DNA of 64,000 nt from Cyanophora paradoxa CCMP329 (taxonomy: Eukaryota; Plantae; Glaucophyta), in the NCBI GenBank assembly GCA_004431415.1, contig QPMI01000189.1, forward strand, positions 62,001 to 126,000, given 5' to 3'. Position numbers and translations under genes: made by a program. The first letter of the stretch is position 1. Each line of letters begins with the position of its first letter. The notes under the pieces are model-generated. The model ran no database searches. It had not been told where the DNA came from and saw only the letters and a list, made by a program, of their open reading frames with translations. Of the stretch, positions 25,001 through 43,518 are shown one piece after another.

Positions 25001-26344
25001 GCGCGGGCGCGGGAGGAGCTACGGGAGGCGCAGCTGATGCGGGACGCGCTCGAGTCGTTCGGGGACCTGCCGGGGGCGCCGGCCCCGCCCGCCCGCCCCC
25101 GCCCCGCCGCCACCCGGCGGAGGAGCTGCGCGCCGAGCTCGCCGCGCTGCGCGCCGGCCACCCCGCCGCCAGGAGCCTCTTCCCCGTGCGGCCCCTGCCC
25201 CCGCTTGCGCCGCCGCCGCCGCCGCCGCCGACGGCGCCGGGGGCAGCTGCCGGACCTGCGGAGGGCGGCGGCGGGCCGGGGCCGGAGGCGGTGCACGCGC
25301 TCCTCGGGGCCCTCGAGGCTGCGGGGTCCGCCGAGATCCTCGCCCCGTCCGCCTCGTGGCCCGCCCCGCTGGCCGCCCCTGGAGCCTGCGCGCCGCCGAG
25401 GCGGCGTCGCCGGCGGCGGAGGTGCGGGCGGCGCTGCGGGCGGCGCAGGAGGCGGCGGTGGCGGAGGCGACAGGGCTGCTGGAGGCGGGCCCCAGGGGCT
25501 GCTCGCCGGTGTCATGCCGAGCCGCAGCGGCGCCCTCGACCGCGACCGCCGCCGCACCCTCCTCCGCGGCCTCGGCGCCGTCCGCCATTCCCCTCCCCTC
25601 CCCTCCCCCCCCCCCCCCCCCCTCCCCCCCCCCCCCCCCCCCCCCGCCCCCGGTTCATAGATTCCAAGCGTCGAACTCGGCACTAGGGCACTAGGTCTAG
25701 GTCGTGTAGAGTGGGACTCGCACTGGGGTCCCCACCCTGCGTGGGCTGATTTCGATGGCGCAGCTGCTGGGGCGGTGCGTGGCGGAGGGGGCGCCCGTGC
25801 ACGCCGACCTCGCCCCGCTCCTCGCCTTCGCCCTTCTCGTGCGCCCCCGCCCCCGCGGCCCGCCCCGCCCCGCGCCGCCCGCTGCAGCGCCGCGCAGAGG
25901 GACGGGGAGGCGGAGGAGCACGAGGCGCTGCAGCGGCAGCTCCTGGAGGAGATGCGCGGGCGCCAGGTCCGCCTCAAGGACCTCGGCGCCATCCTCGAGG
26001 CCCCCGGGGGGGCCCCCGCGCACGCCGAGCTCGCCCGCCTCGCGCGCGCCCTCATCGGCGAGGCCCTCCCCGGCGGGGCCCGCGCCCTCGTCTCCCACCT
26101 GCAGCTCGTCTCTCCCTCGCTGTGCCGGGAGGGGGCCGAGGCGGTGCGGGGCGGGCTGCGGGGCGCGGCCCCGAGCTCGCCGCGCGGCTCGACGCGGTGC
26201 GGGCGGCGCGCCGCCTCGCCGCCGCCGACCTCGCCGCCCTCCTCCTCCCCGGCCTCCCCCCGCCCTGACCCCGCCCCGCCCCGCCCGGAGCCCCCGCCGC
26301 GGCCCTCCCAGAGGGGCCCCATGTCAGCTACACACAGGCCATAG
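22068..26344 (+). CDS. Large multi-exon alpha-helical/coiled-coil protein of unknown function with a Q/A/P-rich N-terminus
   Basis: Coherent exon blocks: MSQLAQQQ..AAKQIYDLLMKPDLEMVRRHHIEQL; HNIPARVAAFVLRKLVG..WEAPLLQELEFF; VNRATLTKEFRGAMERSLEALL; LQRQLLEEMRGRQVRLKDLGAIL. Separated by short C-rich/G-rich introns. The 3' end is uncertain. Confidence 0.6.
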
Positions 26345-26592
26345 CTAGAACTTCGCGTTAGGACTTCTTCTAGGATTTTCAGAACTTGGAGCTCCGGGAG
26401 GGAATTTAATTTCGTTGAATTTTCGAACCGTGAAGCTCTATTGCAAGCTTAAGGCCGCCGGGCTTCGGAAACGAGCTCGAGCTCGACGTCCGACGATCAG
26501 TGATCATGATCACGAGGGGCGGCCCGAGTGCACAGAGCCTGCCGCAGTGCTTACTACGCTGCTTAGAGCTTGCCGCTCGCCGCGTTGCACGG

Positions 26593-27429
26593 ACGAAAAG
26601 AACGAAAGTTGGACGAAAGTTGGACGAAAGTTGGACGAAAGTTGGACGAAAGTTTGGACGATTCACGATTGCAGTACCCCTTCACGCCCGCAGAACGGAC
26701 AGCTGCAGGGCCCTGCGCGAGCCGGCTACGCCGACCACGCCGGAAAACAGCGCTACAGTGAGCCTCCCCGCGCACTGCGCCTTTCAACCCCGCTCACGCC
26801 CCGCACGGCCAGCCTCCCGCGAACGACCAGGAATGAACACGGTGCGCCGCACGAAATCGCGCGTGCTGCGATACAAACGAGCACGATCTGGCAGGCCACC
26901 CAATCCCTCTGTGCGCTCTTCGGCGAGCAGCACTCACATTGGGCACCAGTGCGCTCCGGATCCGGATCCCTTCGATTTCGATTTCGTTTAAAATTTTGAT
27001 TTAATTTCGCGCGCGCGGCGTCGCGCAGGCGATCCGCACGGATTGCGATGGCCCCAGTACCCCAGCTTCGATCCGACGCGACGCGATGCGGCTCCACCTT
27101 ACGCACCTCCGGGGGCGGGGGAGGCCCGGTACCGGTCTCCCGGTCCGGGGCTCGTGGGGGTTTCGGCCCCCTCGGGCAGTATTCCTCCTCCTTAGCGGCC
27201 AGTCCGTGGCGGGAACGGGCGAGCCTTCGGGCACGGCCCGCACCTTTGATCCTATGATCTTAAGCCCGTAGGGTAAGTAGACCTAGGGTTTCGATCTCGA
27301 GCTTCGGTATTCGATTTCGATTTTCGACGTCACTTGCCTATCTGATTGAGCCCATGGATTCGACCGGCGGCCCACTGCTAGCCAAACAGCTGCTAGGGCT
27401 AGTCCAGATGTTGTCGGTCGTCTCTGAAA
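26593..27429 (-). mobile_element. Non-autonomous interspersed element, copy A (two conserved ~225-bp arms, 316-bp unique interior, 11-bp tandem tail)
   Basis: 26665-26886 is the reverse complement of about 37529-37750, and 27203-27428 is the reverse complement of about 36986-37211. Flanked by the direct repeat TGCACGG (26586-26592 and 27430-27436). Confidence 0.8.
26602..26661. repeat. 11-bp tandem repeat (GAAAGTTGGAC) x ~5
   Basis: acgaaagttggacgaaagttggacgaaagttggacgaaagttggacgaaagtttggacga, abutting the end of element copy A. Confidence 0.95.
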
Positions 27430-27502
27430 TGCACGGTCCGACGTTTGCGAGATTTAAGTTCGAACTAGTGCACCAGTGAAGCCTTGCTTCCGAAGTTCGA
27501 AG

Positions 27503-27582
27503 CTTCAAGGCTTGAAAATCTTCAAGGCTTGAAGCTGCCAGGCTGCCCCAGGCTGCCAGGCTGCCCCAGGCTGCCAGGCTGG
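27503..27582. repeat. Short tandem repeats (CTTCAAGGCTTGAA x2; GCTGCCAGGCTGCCCCAG-type 20-bp unit x2.5)
   Basis: Read directly from the sequence. Confidence 0.75.
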
Positions 27583-27893
27583 GTGCTGCAGGCCGCGCCT
27601 CGGGGCCTCCAAGGCTCAGGCCCGACGGTCCAAGATGCTCACGCTTACTGTGAGTCAGAGACCTCCCAGATCTGGAGCTCTCGAGTCCCCCCAGTAGACC
27701 AAGCACGAGCCACTTCTCCCCTGGAAACCGATCGCGATAGCCCATTCCCCGGGCCAGCGGGCCCTCGCTGGGCCGGCAGTCCGAGTCGAGCCAGCTTCAC
27801 CTCAAGGCCACGAGCTCTGACCCCCAAGGCTTCTCGAATTCCGGGACAGCGCCAGGCCTGCCGGGGAGGCGGGGGCAAGCGGGGTGCCTGCGG

Positions 27894-34841
<6,948 letters not shown>

Positions 34842-34889
34842 CGCGCTTGAATTTCGGGGGGTATCGTTATCGAAGAACGCTTGGCCTCG

Positions 34890-36931
34890 ATGCTGCGTCT
34901 CCACGCGCGAATCGTTGCCGTCAAGCGCGTGGAAGTAGCTGTGGGACGAACGCGTTACGCGTACGAGATCCGCACGCAGGTCGGCGCGCCTCCTCGCTTC
35001 GGCCGCCCGCTTCCCACCCGAGGCGCTGATGCGGCGAGCAGGAGTTTAATGGACAGCGAGAAGCGCGGCGCACCGCGACCGTAGTTCGCAAGTTCAAGGA
35101 GTGAGCTCAAACAGCGCCGCCACTCACCTGGCTCGAGCTTCGAGGCTCACGACATCGCACGCGCGCAGCTTCTCCACGCTAGCTGACGTCATCTACACGC
35201 ACTTTCCCTGGGCCCTGCTCCCGCATCCGGTATCGCGCGTCGCCGCCTGCTGCATCATCGCGTCGCCGCGTACGCGTGCTTCAATGAACGGCGGATTCAA
35301 AAGCGCGTGTGATCGCAGAGCAAGACGGAAGCGATTCTCTCGAATGCGAACGCGAAGCACCGTACGCGTTCAAGAGAATCGCCTCTGTCTTGAGTTGCGT
35401 ACGCGTTACTGTTTATTAGTGTACGCGAGCTCGGCGCTGCCCGGGATCCCCTTCTGGAGACAAGACGATGAAGTTATTCGTGCGCCCCGCGTCGAATCTG
35501 GATTTGCGGCGCAGCCTCCCAGGCCCACGACCGAGCGCAGCGGACGAAGAGGCGGGGGTGGCGTCGGTGCTGGAGAACAGGAGGCGGGCGCTGCAGTGCC
35601 TCCTGGACGCGCTCGTGGAGCATCCCGACGTCGGCTGCAGCAGGTTCGGCCCTATCGGCACCTGCCACACGCGCGCTTGATCGGACTGGCCCCACGCCCG
35701 GCAGCGTCCTCGAGGAGTTCCTCGGCCTTCGCGGTGCGCCAGCGCCGCCAGGCCGCGCAGGCAGGCGCGAGGCACCTGGGCGGGCGCGCGTGAGCGGGGC
35801 GGGGCGGGGCGCAGAGGTGAAGCACCACCACCTGGAGCTGCCGGAGCTGCGGGCGGAGCTCCTCAACCTGGAGGCCGCCGTGCGGGTCCTCCCCTTCCGC
35901 GACCGCCCGCTCCCGGACCGCTCCTTCGACGCCGCGTGGGAGCGCCTCGAGCGCGCTGGCGCCGCCCTCGCCGCCCTCGAGGCCGCCCGCCGTCGCACCG
36001 CCCGCGACGCCGCCGAGGGCGCCCGCGCTGCCGAGGACGTCAGCACCGAGGTGCGCCGGGGCGGGCGGGGCGGGCGGGGCGGTGCGAGGCGGGCGGGGCA
36101 GATGCAGGGGCTGGCGGGCGTGGAGCTGCTCTTCCGCGGCGACTCCTTCGACGAGAGCGTCGTCGAGGGCCCGCCCCACTTCCTCTCGCGCACGTCCCCC
36201 CGCGCCGCCTCACTCGGGGCGCAGCGACGCGCGCGGCGACGCGCGCGCTGCCGGCGCTGCTGCGGCTCGCCCCGCTGCAGGCCGCCGGCGACAGCGGCGC
36301 CCTACAGGACTTCTGCGCCGTCTACTCCCGCGCCGCAGCCTCCGCGAAGGCCCGCCCCGGCCCGGCCCGCCCCCCCCCCCCCCCCCCCCCCGCGCCGAGC
36401 GGCTGCAGGGCGCCGAAGTGTACCGGCGGCTGCTGGAGCTGCGCTTCCTGCGCGCAGTCGCCCCCTACCAGGCCAAGGCCGGCCGCCCGCTGCGCCGCCC
36501 CCCCGCCCCTCTTGCGGGGGGCGAGGGGCGCGCAGATGCACGAGGCGCACCAGCTGCTGGAGAAGGAGCGGCACCACGCCCTCGCCGTCGCCCACGACGC
36601 GCGCCCCCTGGCGCTCCCCTGCGCCGCGCTGCATCTCACCGGCCGGCCCGCGCAGGAGGAGGCGGAGCAGATGCACGTCGTGCACGCGTTCCGGCGGCGG
36701 CTCGCGGCGACGGAGGAGAAGGCGAAGGAGCTGGAGGCGCGGGCTTTGCAGGCGGAGGGCCAGTACCGGGACTACTGCCGGCGGCTGCGGGGCGAGCTGG
36801 GGCGGCTGGAGCGGGCGCAGGCGCGGGACCTGGTGGCGGCGCTGCGCACCTTCGCCAGCGTCCAGCGCGAGTTCCACCGCCGCTCCGCCCAGCTCTGGGG
36901 CGGCCTCCAGCTCCCCGTCCCCGCCGACTGA
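34890..36931 (+). CDS. PX-BAR sorting nexin (Vps5/SNX-like), multi-exon
   Basis: MLRLHARIVAVKRVEVAVGRTRYAYEIRTQ|...TVVRKFK|DFSTLADVIYTHFPWALLPHP...LENRRRALQCLLDALVEHPDVGC..LEEFL is a PX domain. C-terminus ELGRLERAQARDLVAALRTFASVQREFHRRSAQLW is a BAR end. Internal exon joins are not fully resolved. Confidence 0.85.
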
Positions 36932-36985
36932 CCCCGCCCCCGCCCCCTGCTATAGCGATGCACGTGTACAGTTTGCATTTCCGAG

Positions 36986-37753
36986 TTCAGAGACGACCGA
37001 CAACATCTGGACTAGCCCTAGTAGCTGTTTGGCTAGCAGTGGGCCGCCGGTCGAATCGTAAGGGCTCAGACAGATAGGCAAGCGACGTCGAAAATCGAAA
37101 TCGAATACCGAAGCTCGAGATCGAAACCTAGGTCTACTTACCCTACGGGCTTAAGATCATAGGATCAAAGGTGCGGGCCGTGCCCGGAGGCTCGCCCGTT
37201 CCCGCCACGGATGGTCTGGTCTGGATGGTCTGGATGGCGGCGACGATGGTCTGGAGGGCGGCGATGCAGTGAACCACGGCGATGGCGTAGCACGCGTTGC
37301 CCTCGTTCATGAACCCGAGGCGGGGCCCCAGGACGGCGGCACCCCAGACGGCGGGGCCGATCTGGCGCCGGGGGCGGGGGGGGGGCGCACGTCAGTCGGG
37401 CAAAGGCGAAAGCAAGAGGCGACCGCGGTCGATCGAGCGGGCAGATGCGAAAGCAGCCGGGATGGCGTCGGGCCAGATCGCGCGAGAGCGGGGCGAGGCG
37501 AGCGCTAGCATACGTGCGCTAGCGGGGGTCGTGCTCGTTTTTATCGCAGCACGCGCGCTTTCGTGCGGCGCACCGTGTTCATTCCTGGTCGTTCGCGGGA
37601 GGCTGGCCGTGCGGGGCGTGAGCGGGGTTGAAAGGCGCAGTGCGCGGGGAGGCTCACTGTAGCGCTGTTTTCCGGCGTGGTCGGCGTAGCCGGCTCGAGC
37701 AGGGCCCTGCAGCTGTCCGTTCTGCGGGCGTGGAGGGGTACTGCAATCGTCCA
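36986..37753 (+). mobile_element. Non-autonomous interspersed element, copy B (same arms as copy A, inverted; 317-bp different interior)
   Basis: Arms 36986-37211 and 37529-37753 match copy A with few mismatches. Possible 5-bp TSD AGTTC (36984-36988 and 37754-37758). Confidence 0.8.
37212..37361 (-). pseudogene. Captured exon fragment of a ubiquitin-specific protease (C19/USP Cys box)
   Basis: Minus strand reads ..GPRLGFMNEGNACYAIAVVHCIAAL, matching G-x-x-N-x-G-N-x-C-Y-x-x-A-V. Preceded by an intron-like CTGAC...CCAG acceptor. Confidence 0.6.
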
Positions 37754-38183
37754 AGTTCTGCGTAGCGCTCCCGGAGTCCCGGCTCCGGCTGTGGCTGCGG
37801 GTGCGACCCCGGCTGGAGCTCGGGCCTGGGCTCGGGCTCGGGATTCTGCCTCTGCTGCGGGCGCGAGCGTGGCTACGACTGCGATCGCGGCGGCGGCGGC
37901 GGCCCTGGCTGTCGTCGCCGCTACTGCTCCCGCTGCGGCTGCGGCTGCTGCTCCGCACCCTGCGCCGCGACTCTGGCGGTGTACAGTTTGCAACAGGCCA
38001 GGACGCGGACGCGCTGGCCGCGAGAGAGCGCTAGCTAGGCGCGCAGCACAGGCTGGCGACGGGCAGCGAAACAAGCTCCTGTGCCTTCTTCAAAATCATG
38101 CGACTGAAATCCGCCTGCTACTAAACACACGAAGCCTAGCCCAGCAAAAAAAGGAAGCCCGATAGAAAAGGGAGGAGGGTGGT

Positions 38184-40069
38184 TTACCACTGCTGAAGGG
38201 GGTGAGCGTGGCCGGGGCGAGGGGGGGAGGGGGGGGGGGCGAGGGGCGGACCTTGACGGTGGGGAAGAGGATGTTGCCGGGGCCGCCCTGCTGGCCCTTG
38301 TTCGGGAGGGTCGAGGTGCCCGGGGTCGGCGGGGGGCCCACTTGGGGCGAGACTATCGGCTGCGAGGGCCCCGTCGCGATGCCCACGTTGTAGTTGCCCC
38401 CCGAGGCGCCCACGCGGTCCGGCTGGAAGCCGGCCGCCACGACGGTCACGCGCATCTTCCCCTTGAGCGACTCGTCGATCACCGCGCCGAAGATGATGTT
38501 TGCCTGCGCGCCGCCGCGTCGGGCGCCGCCCGGGCGGGGCGGAGGGCGGGGGTGGGGCCGCGTGGGGGCACCTCAGAGTCCGCCATCTCGTAGATCTTCT
38601 CAGCGGCGCGCTGCACCTCGTGCAGCGTGAGGTCCGAGCCGCCCGAGACGTTGACGACGATGCCCGAGGCGCGCGAGAGCGGGAACTCGAGCAGGGGCGA
38701 CGAGATCGCCGTCTCCGCGGCGTCCTGCGCCCGCGACTTGCCGCTGCTGGTGCCGACGCCGAGGAGCGCGTGGCCCGAGTTCTCCAGGATGGACCGCACG
38801 TCCGCGAAGTCGACGTTCACGAGCCCCGGCACCGTGATGATGTCCGAGATGCCCTGCACGCCCTGCCGCAGCACGTCGTCCGCAACGTAGAAAGCCTCCT
38901 GCGCGCCCCCGAGCGAGCGAGCCCGCCGCGTCAGCGCCGGCAAACGCGCCCTGCGCGCTAGGAGCGCGGAGCGGCACCTGCACGGGGGTGTTGTCCTGCA
39001 CGGTGCGCATGAGCTTGTCGTTCGAGATGACAATGACCGCGTCGACGTGCGTCCGCAGCTCCTCCATCGCCTCGAGCGCCTGACGAGGAGTCAGCACCCA
39101 GAAAGAAAGGACGAAGAGAGAAGACGGGAAGAGAAAGTTGGGCACCTGCCGTTGCCGCCTCCGGCCCTCGAAGCTGAAAGGAACAGTGACGATGCCGACG
39201 GTGAGCTTGCCCATCTCGCGAGCCAACCGCGCGATGACCGGCGCAGCGCCGCTGCCCGTGCCGCCGCCCATGCCAGCTGTGATGAAGATGAGGTCCGAGC
39301 CCTCAATAGCTTGGCTGAGCTCCTCGCGTGACTCCTCCGCAGACTTGGCGCCGAGGGTCGGGTCGCCGCCGGTGCCTGCGAATGCGCCGTCGGGAATTGC
39401 GACGCAGCGGCGTCACATCCGACGAACGCACCGAGGCCACGAGTAAGCTTAGAGCCGATCTGAAGGCGGTTGCTAGCCGCGGACGACAGAAGCGCCTGGG
39501 CATCGGTGTTGATAGCCCAGAAGTCGACGCCCTGAATCTCGCAAGCAATCATACGGTTGACAGCGTTGCTGCCGCCGCCGCCGACGCCAAGAACTTTGAT
39601 CTTCACCTTCTCCGCGAACGGGGAGTCGCCGCTGAGCATGGACATCGCATCAGAGACGGGCTCGGCTGACGGCTCCAGGCTGAGGAAGTCATGGCTGCCG
39701 GCCTGGGTTGAGACGGTTGCTGCTGACTTCTTGCTGCGAGTCTGGAAGCGGTCGAAAGCGGGGATGCCAGCTGAGCGAGCGACGAACTGCCCGCGACGAG
39801 TCGCCTGCAGCTTTGCGGAGTTGGCCGCCTTCTTTGAATACGAAAACTGAGCCCGTGCTTCAGCCTTGCATCCCTGCTGCTGCGTGCCGCGAAAGGCGCG
39901 CGCCGAGACGCGGAGCACCCAAGTCAGTAATTGATGGGAGTCGGCGCCTTCAAAAAGGAACGGACGAGGCACCGCTTACCGGAGAAACCAGGGACTGGCT
40001 GTTAACGGCTGCGACGCCGCCGTTCGGGACAGCCGGGCGGACGGCGCCGACTGCGAACGCCGACTCCAT
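38184..40069 (-). CDS. ftsZ: Plastid division protein FtsZ (cyanobacterial type) with a transit peptide, multi-exon
   Basis: [26 protein letters not shown], tubulin signature [20 protein letters not shown]7 loop [21 protein letters not shown]-terminus [12 protein letters not shown].. is Ala/Ser-rich. Terminal exon W* at 38189-38184. Confidence 0.97.
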
Positions 40070-40524
40070 TGATGCACTGCGGGAGAGCATGTCCATCAGA
40101 TCACTATCCGTACGCATTGGATGCCCGCTCGCCTTTGGGGGGGACGGCGGACCTGGCTGACTTCGAACTTCCCGCCGATATCGCTACCGAACCCACTCCG
40201 CTTACGTACCCCCCAGAAGCCTGAAGTCAACAACAAGCGTGCGACTGCGGTCCTCTGCGTCGATTCAATACAAGTTGATAAACACCATTAGTCGGATCCG
40301 CCGGAAACCCAGCGCCGGGCTTGACCCGCCGAGGCGGCCGCCTGTGGGCTCGCCCAGCCGCTCGGTCTACGCCGAGCGGGGCGCCAGAAAGGGCACGCTG
40401 TGCAGGAAGCCGCCAGCCCGACTCTCACGCACAAGCGCGCACGTCCTGGGCGACGGGACGCTCCCCTGGGCGACGTGCGGGGCTCCTAGCGCCGGCGTGA
40501 CGATCGTCTAGACGATCGGAGAGG

Positions 40525-43417
40525 ATGTTCGTGCCGTGCGCCCTGCCGGTACGTCTCTTCAGGCAGTGAAAGATCCAGCCACACGACTTGATTGGGACCC
40601 GCAGGCCCACCAGCACAGCCGCGATGTCCTTGCGGACTCCCTGTGCGAGCGGGTTACTAGCTACCGCTTCGAGCCGCAGCGCCGCGGCCCGCTTAGCTGG
40701 CCGAGCCGACGGCTGCTGCGGCCCAGCTGCACGCCCCTCACGTGTACGCGCCCCCCTCCCCGCGGCGCGCCCTTTGCCTCTGCGTGAATGCCGGCGCAGT
40801 CCACGCGAGGAGAGCGCGGCACAAGTGGCGTGCGGTGGTGCGCGCGTCGGCGGACGACCTTCCGACGCCGCCGCCGCGCGACGCTGCGGTGGAAGCGGCG
40901 GACTACGAGGCGGAGGAGCGGCCGGCGCTGCGGCGCGCGGCGACGCAGCGACCGCAGCCGCGGGAGAGCCTCGAGCCGACCGACGTGCGCGGCGCGTACA
41001 CCTGGAAGAAGAGCGAGCCCAGTGCGCCCCGCTCCGCGCCGCCCGGCAGGGCGGGGTGCCCGCGCGTGCCGACGGGGCGGGGCAGTCGTGGTGCAGCCGC
41101 GGCGGAGGCCGCGGGGCGCGCCGCCGTTCTTCAAGCTGGCGGCGGTGAACAGCGAGATCATGGCGGCGGGGCGGGCGGGGGACCCCGTCCGCGTCGTCGC
41201 CCTCCTCGAGCGCCACCGCGACGAGATGCACGCCCAGCGCCGCCCCGCCCCGCCCCGCCCCCCGCCCCCGGCGCTGAGGCGGGGGCGGGGCAGCAACTTC
41301 GTGAACCTCTCGACGGCGGTCTTCCAGCTGGGGCGCGCGGTGACGGCCGGCGCCTGCTCCCGCGAGTGGGTCCTCGCCCACTTCGAGACCCTCATCCGCC
41401 CCAAGTTCCACGAGGCCCGCCCCGCCCCCCGCCGCCCCCGCCGCCCCGCCCCCTCCCCCGAGCCGGCCCCGCGCAGCTGCTCGACACGGCGACGAGCCGC
41501 GGGGTGGCGAGCCTCTGCTACGGCCTCGCCCGCTGGTCCGCCCTCCTTTCGCCCTCGTCGCCGCGCGCGCGCGGGGCCGACGGGGGCGGGGCGGGGCGGG
41601 CAGCGGGATCCGGGACGGGGAGATGCTGGAGGCGCTGGCGGGGGCGGCGGAGGAGCGGATCCGGTCGTTCAACGCGCAGGAGATCTGCAACGTGGCGTGG
41701 GCGCTGGCGACGCTGCAGGAGCGCAACGGGCCGCTGCTGGAGGCCCTCTCGCGGCGCGCCCTCGAGGTCCTCCCCGACTTCTCCACCCAGGGCCTCTCCA
41801 ACCTCGCGTCCGCCCCGCGCCCCCGCCAGCCCCCACCTCCCGAGGCCGCCCGCCCTGAGCGCGGCCCCGGCCGGCGCGCAGCTGGGCCTTCGCGAAGCTG
41901 CAGGCGCACGACCCGGCGCTCTTCTCGGCGGTGGCGGGGGCGGCGGCCAGCGTCCTCCCGCACTTCTCCTCGCAGGGCCTCTCCAACCTGCTCTGGGCCT
42001 TCGCCGCCGTGCAGCACCGCGACGAGGAGCTGCTGCGGCGGGCGGCCGCCGAGCTCTGCACCCGCATGGACGACCTGCTCGTCGCCGAGGCGGGGCCGCC
42101 GGAGGGCCCCGGGGCGGGGCGCATCCAGAGCCAGAACATCGCGAACATCGCGTGGGCGTTCGCGAAGCTGGGCGTGCGGGACGAGGCGATGATGGCCCGC
42201 GTCAAGGAGGTCGCCCTCCCCCGCCTCCCCCTCTGCTCCCCGCAGGCCGTCGCCAACCTCGGTCGGCCCCGCCCCGCCCTCCTCGCCCCCGCCCCCCCGC
42301 CCCGCCTCACCGGGGCCGCGGGGCGCAGCGTGGTCCTTCGGGACGCTCAAGGTGGCGGACCGGGAGATGTTCCGGGCGCTGGCGGCGGCCGCCGGGGGCA
42401 TGCTCCCGCAGTTCACCTCGCAGGGCCTCTCGAACCTGGCCTGGGCCTGCGCGACGGTCTCCTTCATGGACGGGCCCTTCCTGCGCGCCCTCGCCGAGGA
42501 GGCCGCCGCCCGCATCGCCGAGTTCAACCCGCAGGAGCTCTCCAACACGGCCTGGGCCCTCGCCTCGCTCGGCTACGACGAGCCGGGGGCCTTCGACGCG
42601 ATCACCGCGGCGGCGCGGGCGTCGGCGGGGGAGATGACGGGGCAGGGCCTGTCGAACATCCTCCTCGCGGTGGCCAACGTGCAGCACGGGACGGAGGCCG
42701 GCTTCGTGGAGGCCCTCGTCGAGGCCGCCCTCGCCCGCCCCGACATCACCACCCAGGGCTTCGCCAACTGCTGCTTCGCCCTCACCATGCTCGCCCGCAC
42801 CGACCTCCTCGAGCGCTTCCTGCGCGAGCAGCGCGCGGCGCTGCGGCCCGAGGAGCTCGTCAAGGAGGACTGCGTGCAGCTCGGCATCGTGCGGCTGGCG
42901 CTGCGGCTGCAGGCCCCCGAGCTGCTGCCCCTCCTCCCCCCGGAGGTCTGCGCCCGCATCGACGAGCAGCACGCGGCGATGGCCCTCACCCCGCCGGCCT
43001 CCTCGGAGCTGCACGTGGCGATCGCGGCGGAGGTGGAGGGGGTGCGGGCGGGGGCGGTGCACGAGTTCTTCCTCGAGGGCTACTTCCTCGACCTCGTCTT
43101 CCCCGGCCACCGCACCGCCCTCGAGGTCGACGGGTCCGCCCGCCCCCAGACCCCCCGGCCCCCCCCGCCCCCCGCCTCACCCCGCGCCCCGCAGGCCGGC
43201 CCACTACCTCACGAGCGGGCGGGTGAACGGGGCGACGGAGCTCAAGCGGCGCCTCCTCGCCGCCCTCGGCTGGCGCGTCCTCACCGTCGAGTACCGCGAG
43301 TGGGCCGCCCTCCGCTCCCGCACCGCCCGCCACGCCTTCCTCGAGCACCTCCTCGCCGACGCCCCGCCCCCGCCCCCCGCCGACCCCGCCCCCGCCCCCC
43401 AGTCCACCCACGGCTAG
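40525..43417 (+). CDS. RAP-domain helical-repeat (OPR/HPR/FASTK-like) RNA-binding protein, probably plastid-targeted
   Basis: ~37-38-aa repeats FNAQEICNVAWALATL / FSTQGLSNLAWAFAKL / FTSQGLSNLAWACAT / FNPQELSNTAWALASL. C-terminal RAP: LDLVF..ALEVDGP.HY...GATELKRRLLAALGWRVLTVEYREW. Putative start MFVPCALP| at 40525. Confidence 0.9.
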
Positions 43418-43518
43418 CCCCGCGCAAACTGCCCGCGCGCCACAGCTGCGAATACGAACAATACACGGAAAAAGGAAGAGCACTGGGGGCGGGGGAAGGG
43501 GGGTGGGAGGGGTGCGGG

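Noticed and set aside
26602-26661. 11-bp repeat as a CRISPR array or telomere seed
   Set aside because: There are no spacers and it is not a known telomeric unit. It is better explained as the slippage tail of element A.
37759-37960. SR-rich minus-strand ORF (SRSRSG...RDRSRSH) beside element B
   Set aside because: It has no ATG start or RRM and is low-complexity GCN/CGN-rich sequence. It cannot be supported as a gene, although it may be a fragment.
38184-40069. Bacterial contamination suggested by ftsZ, wrbA and the OMT
   Set aside because: All three contain spliceosomal introns and eukaryotic N-terminal extensions, and they sit among clearly eukaryotic genes.
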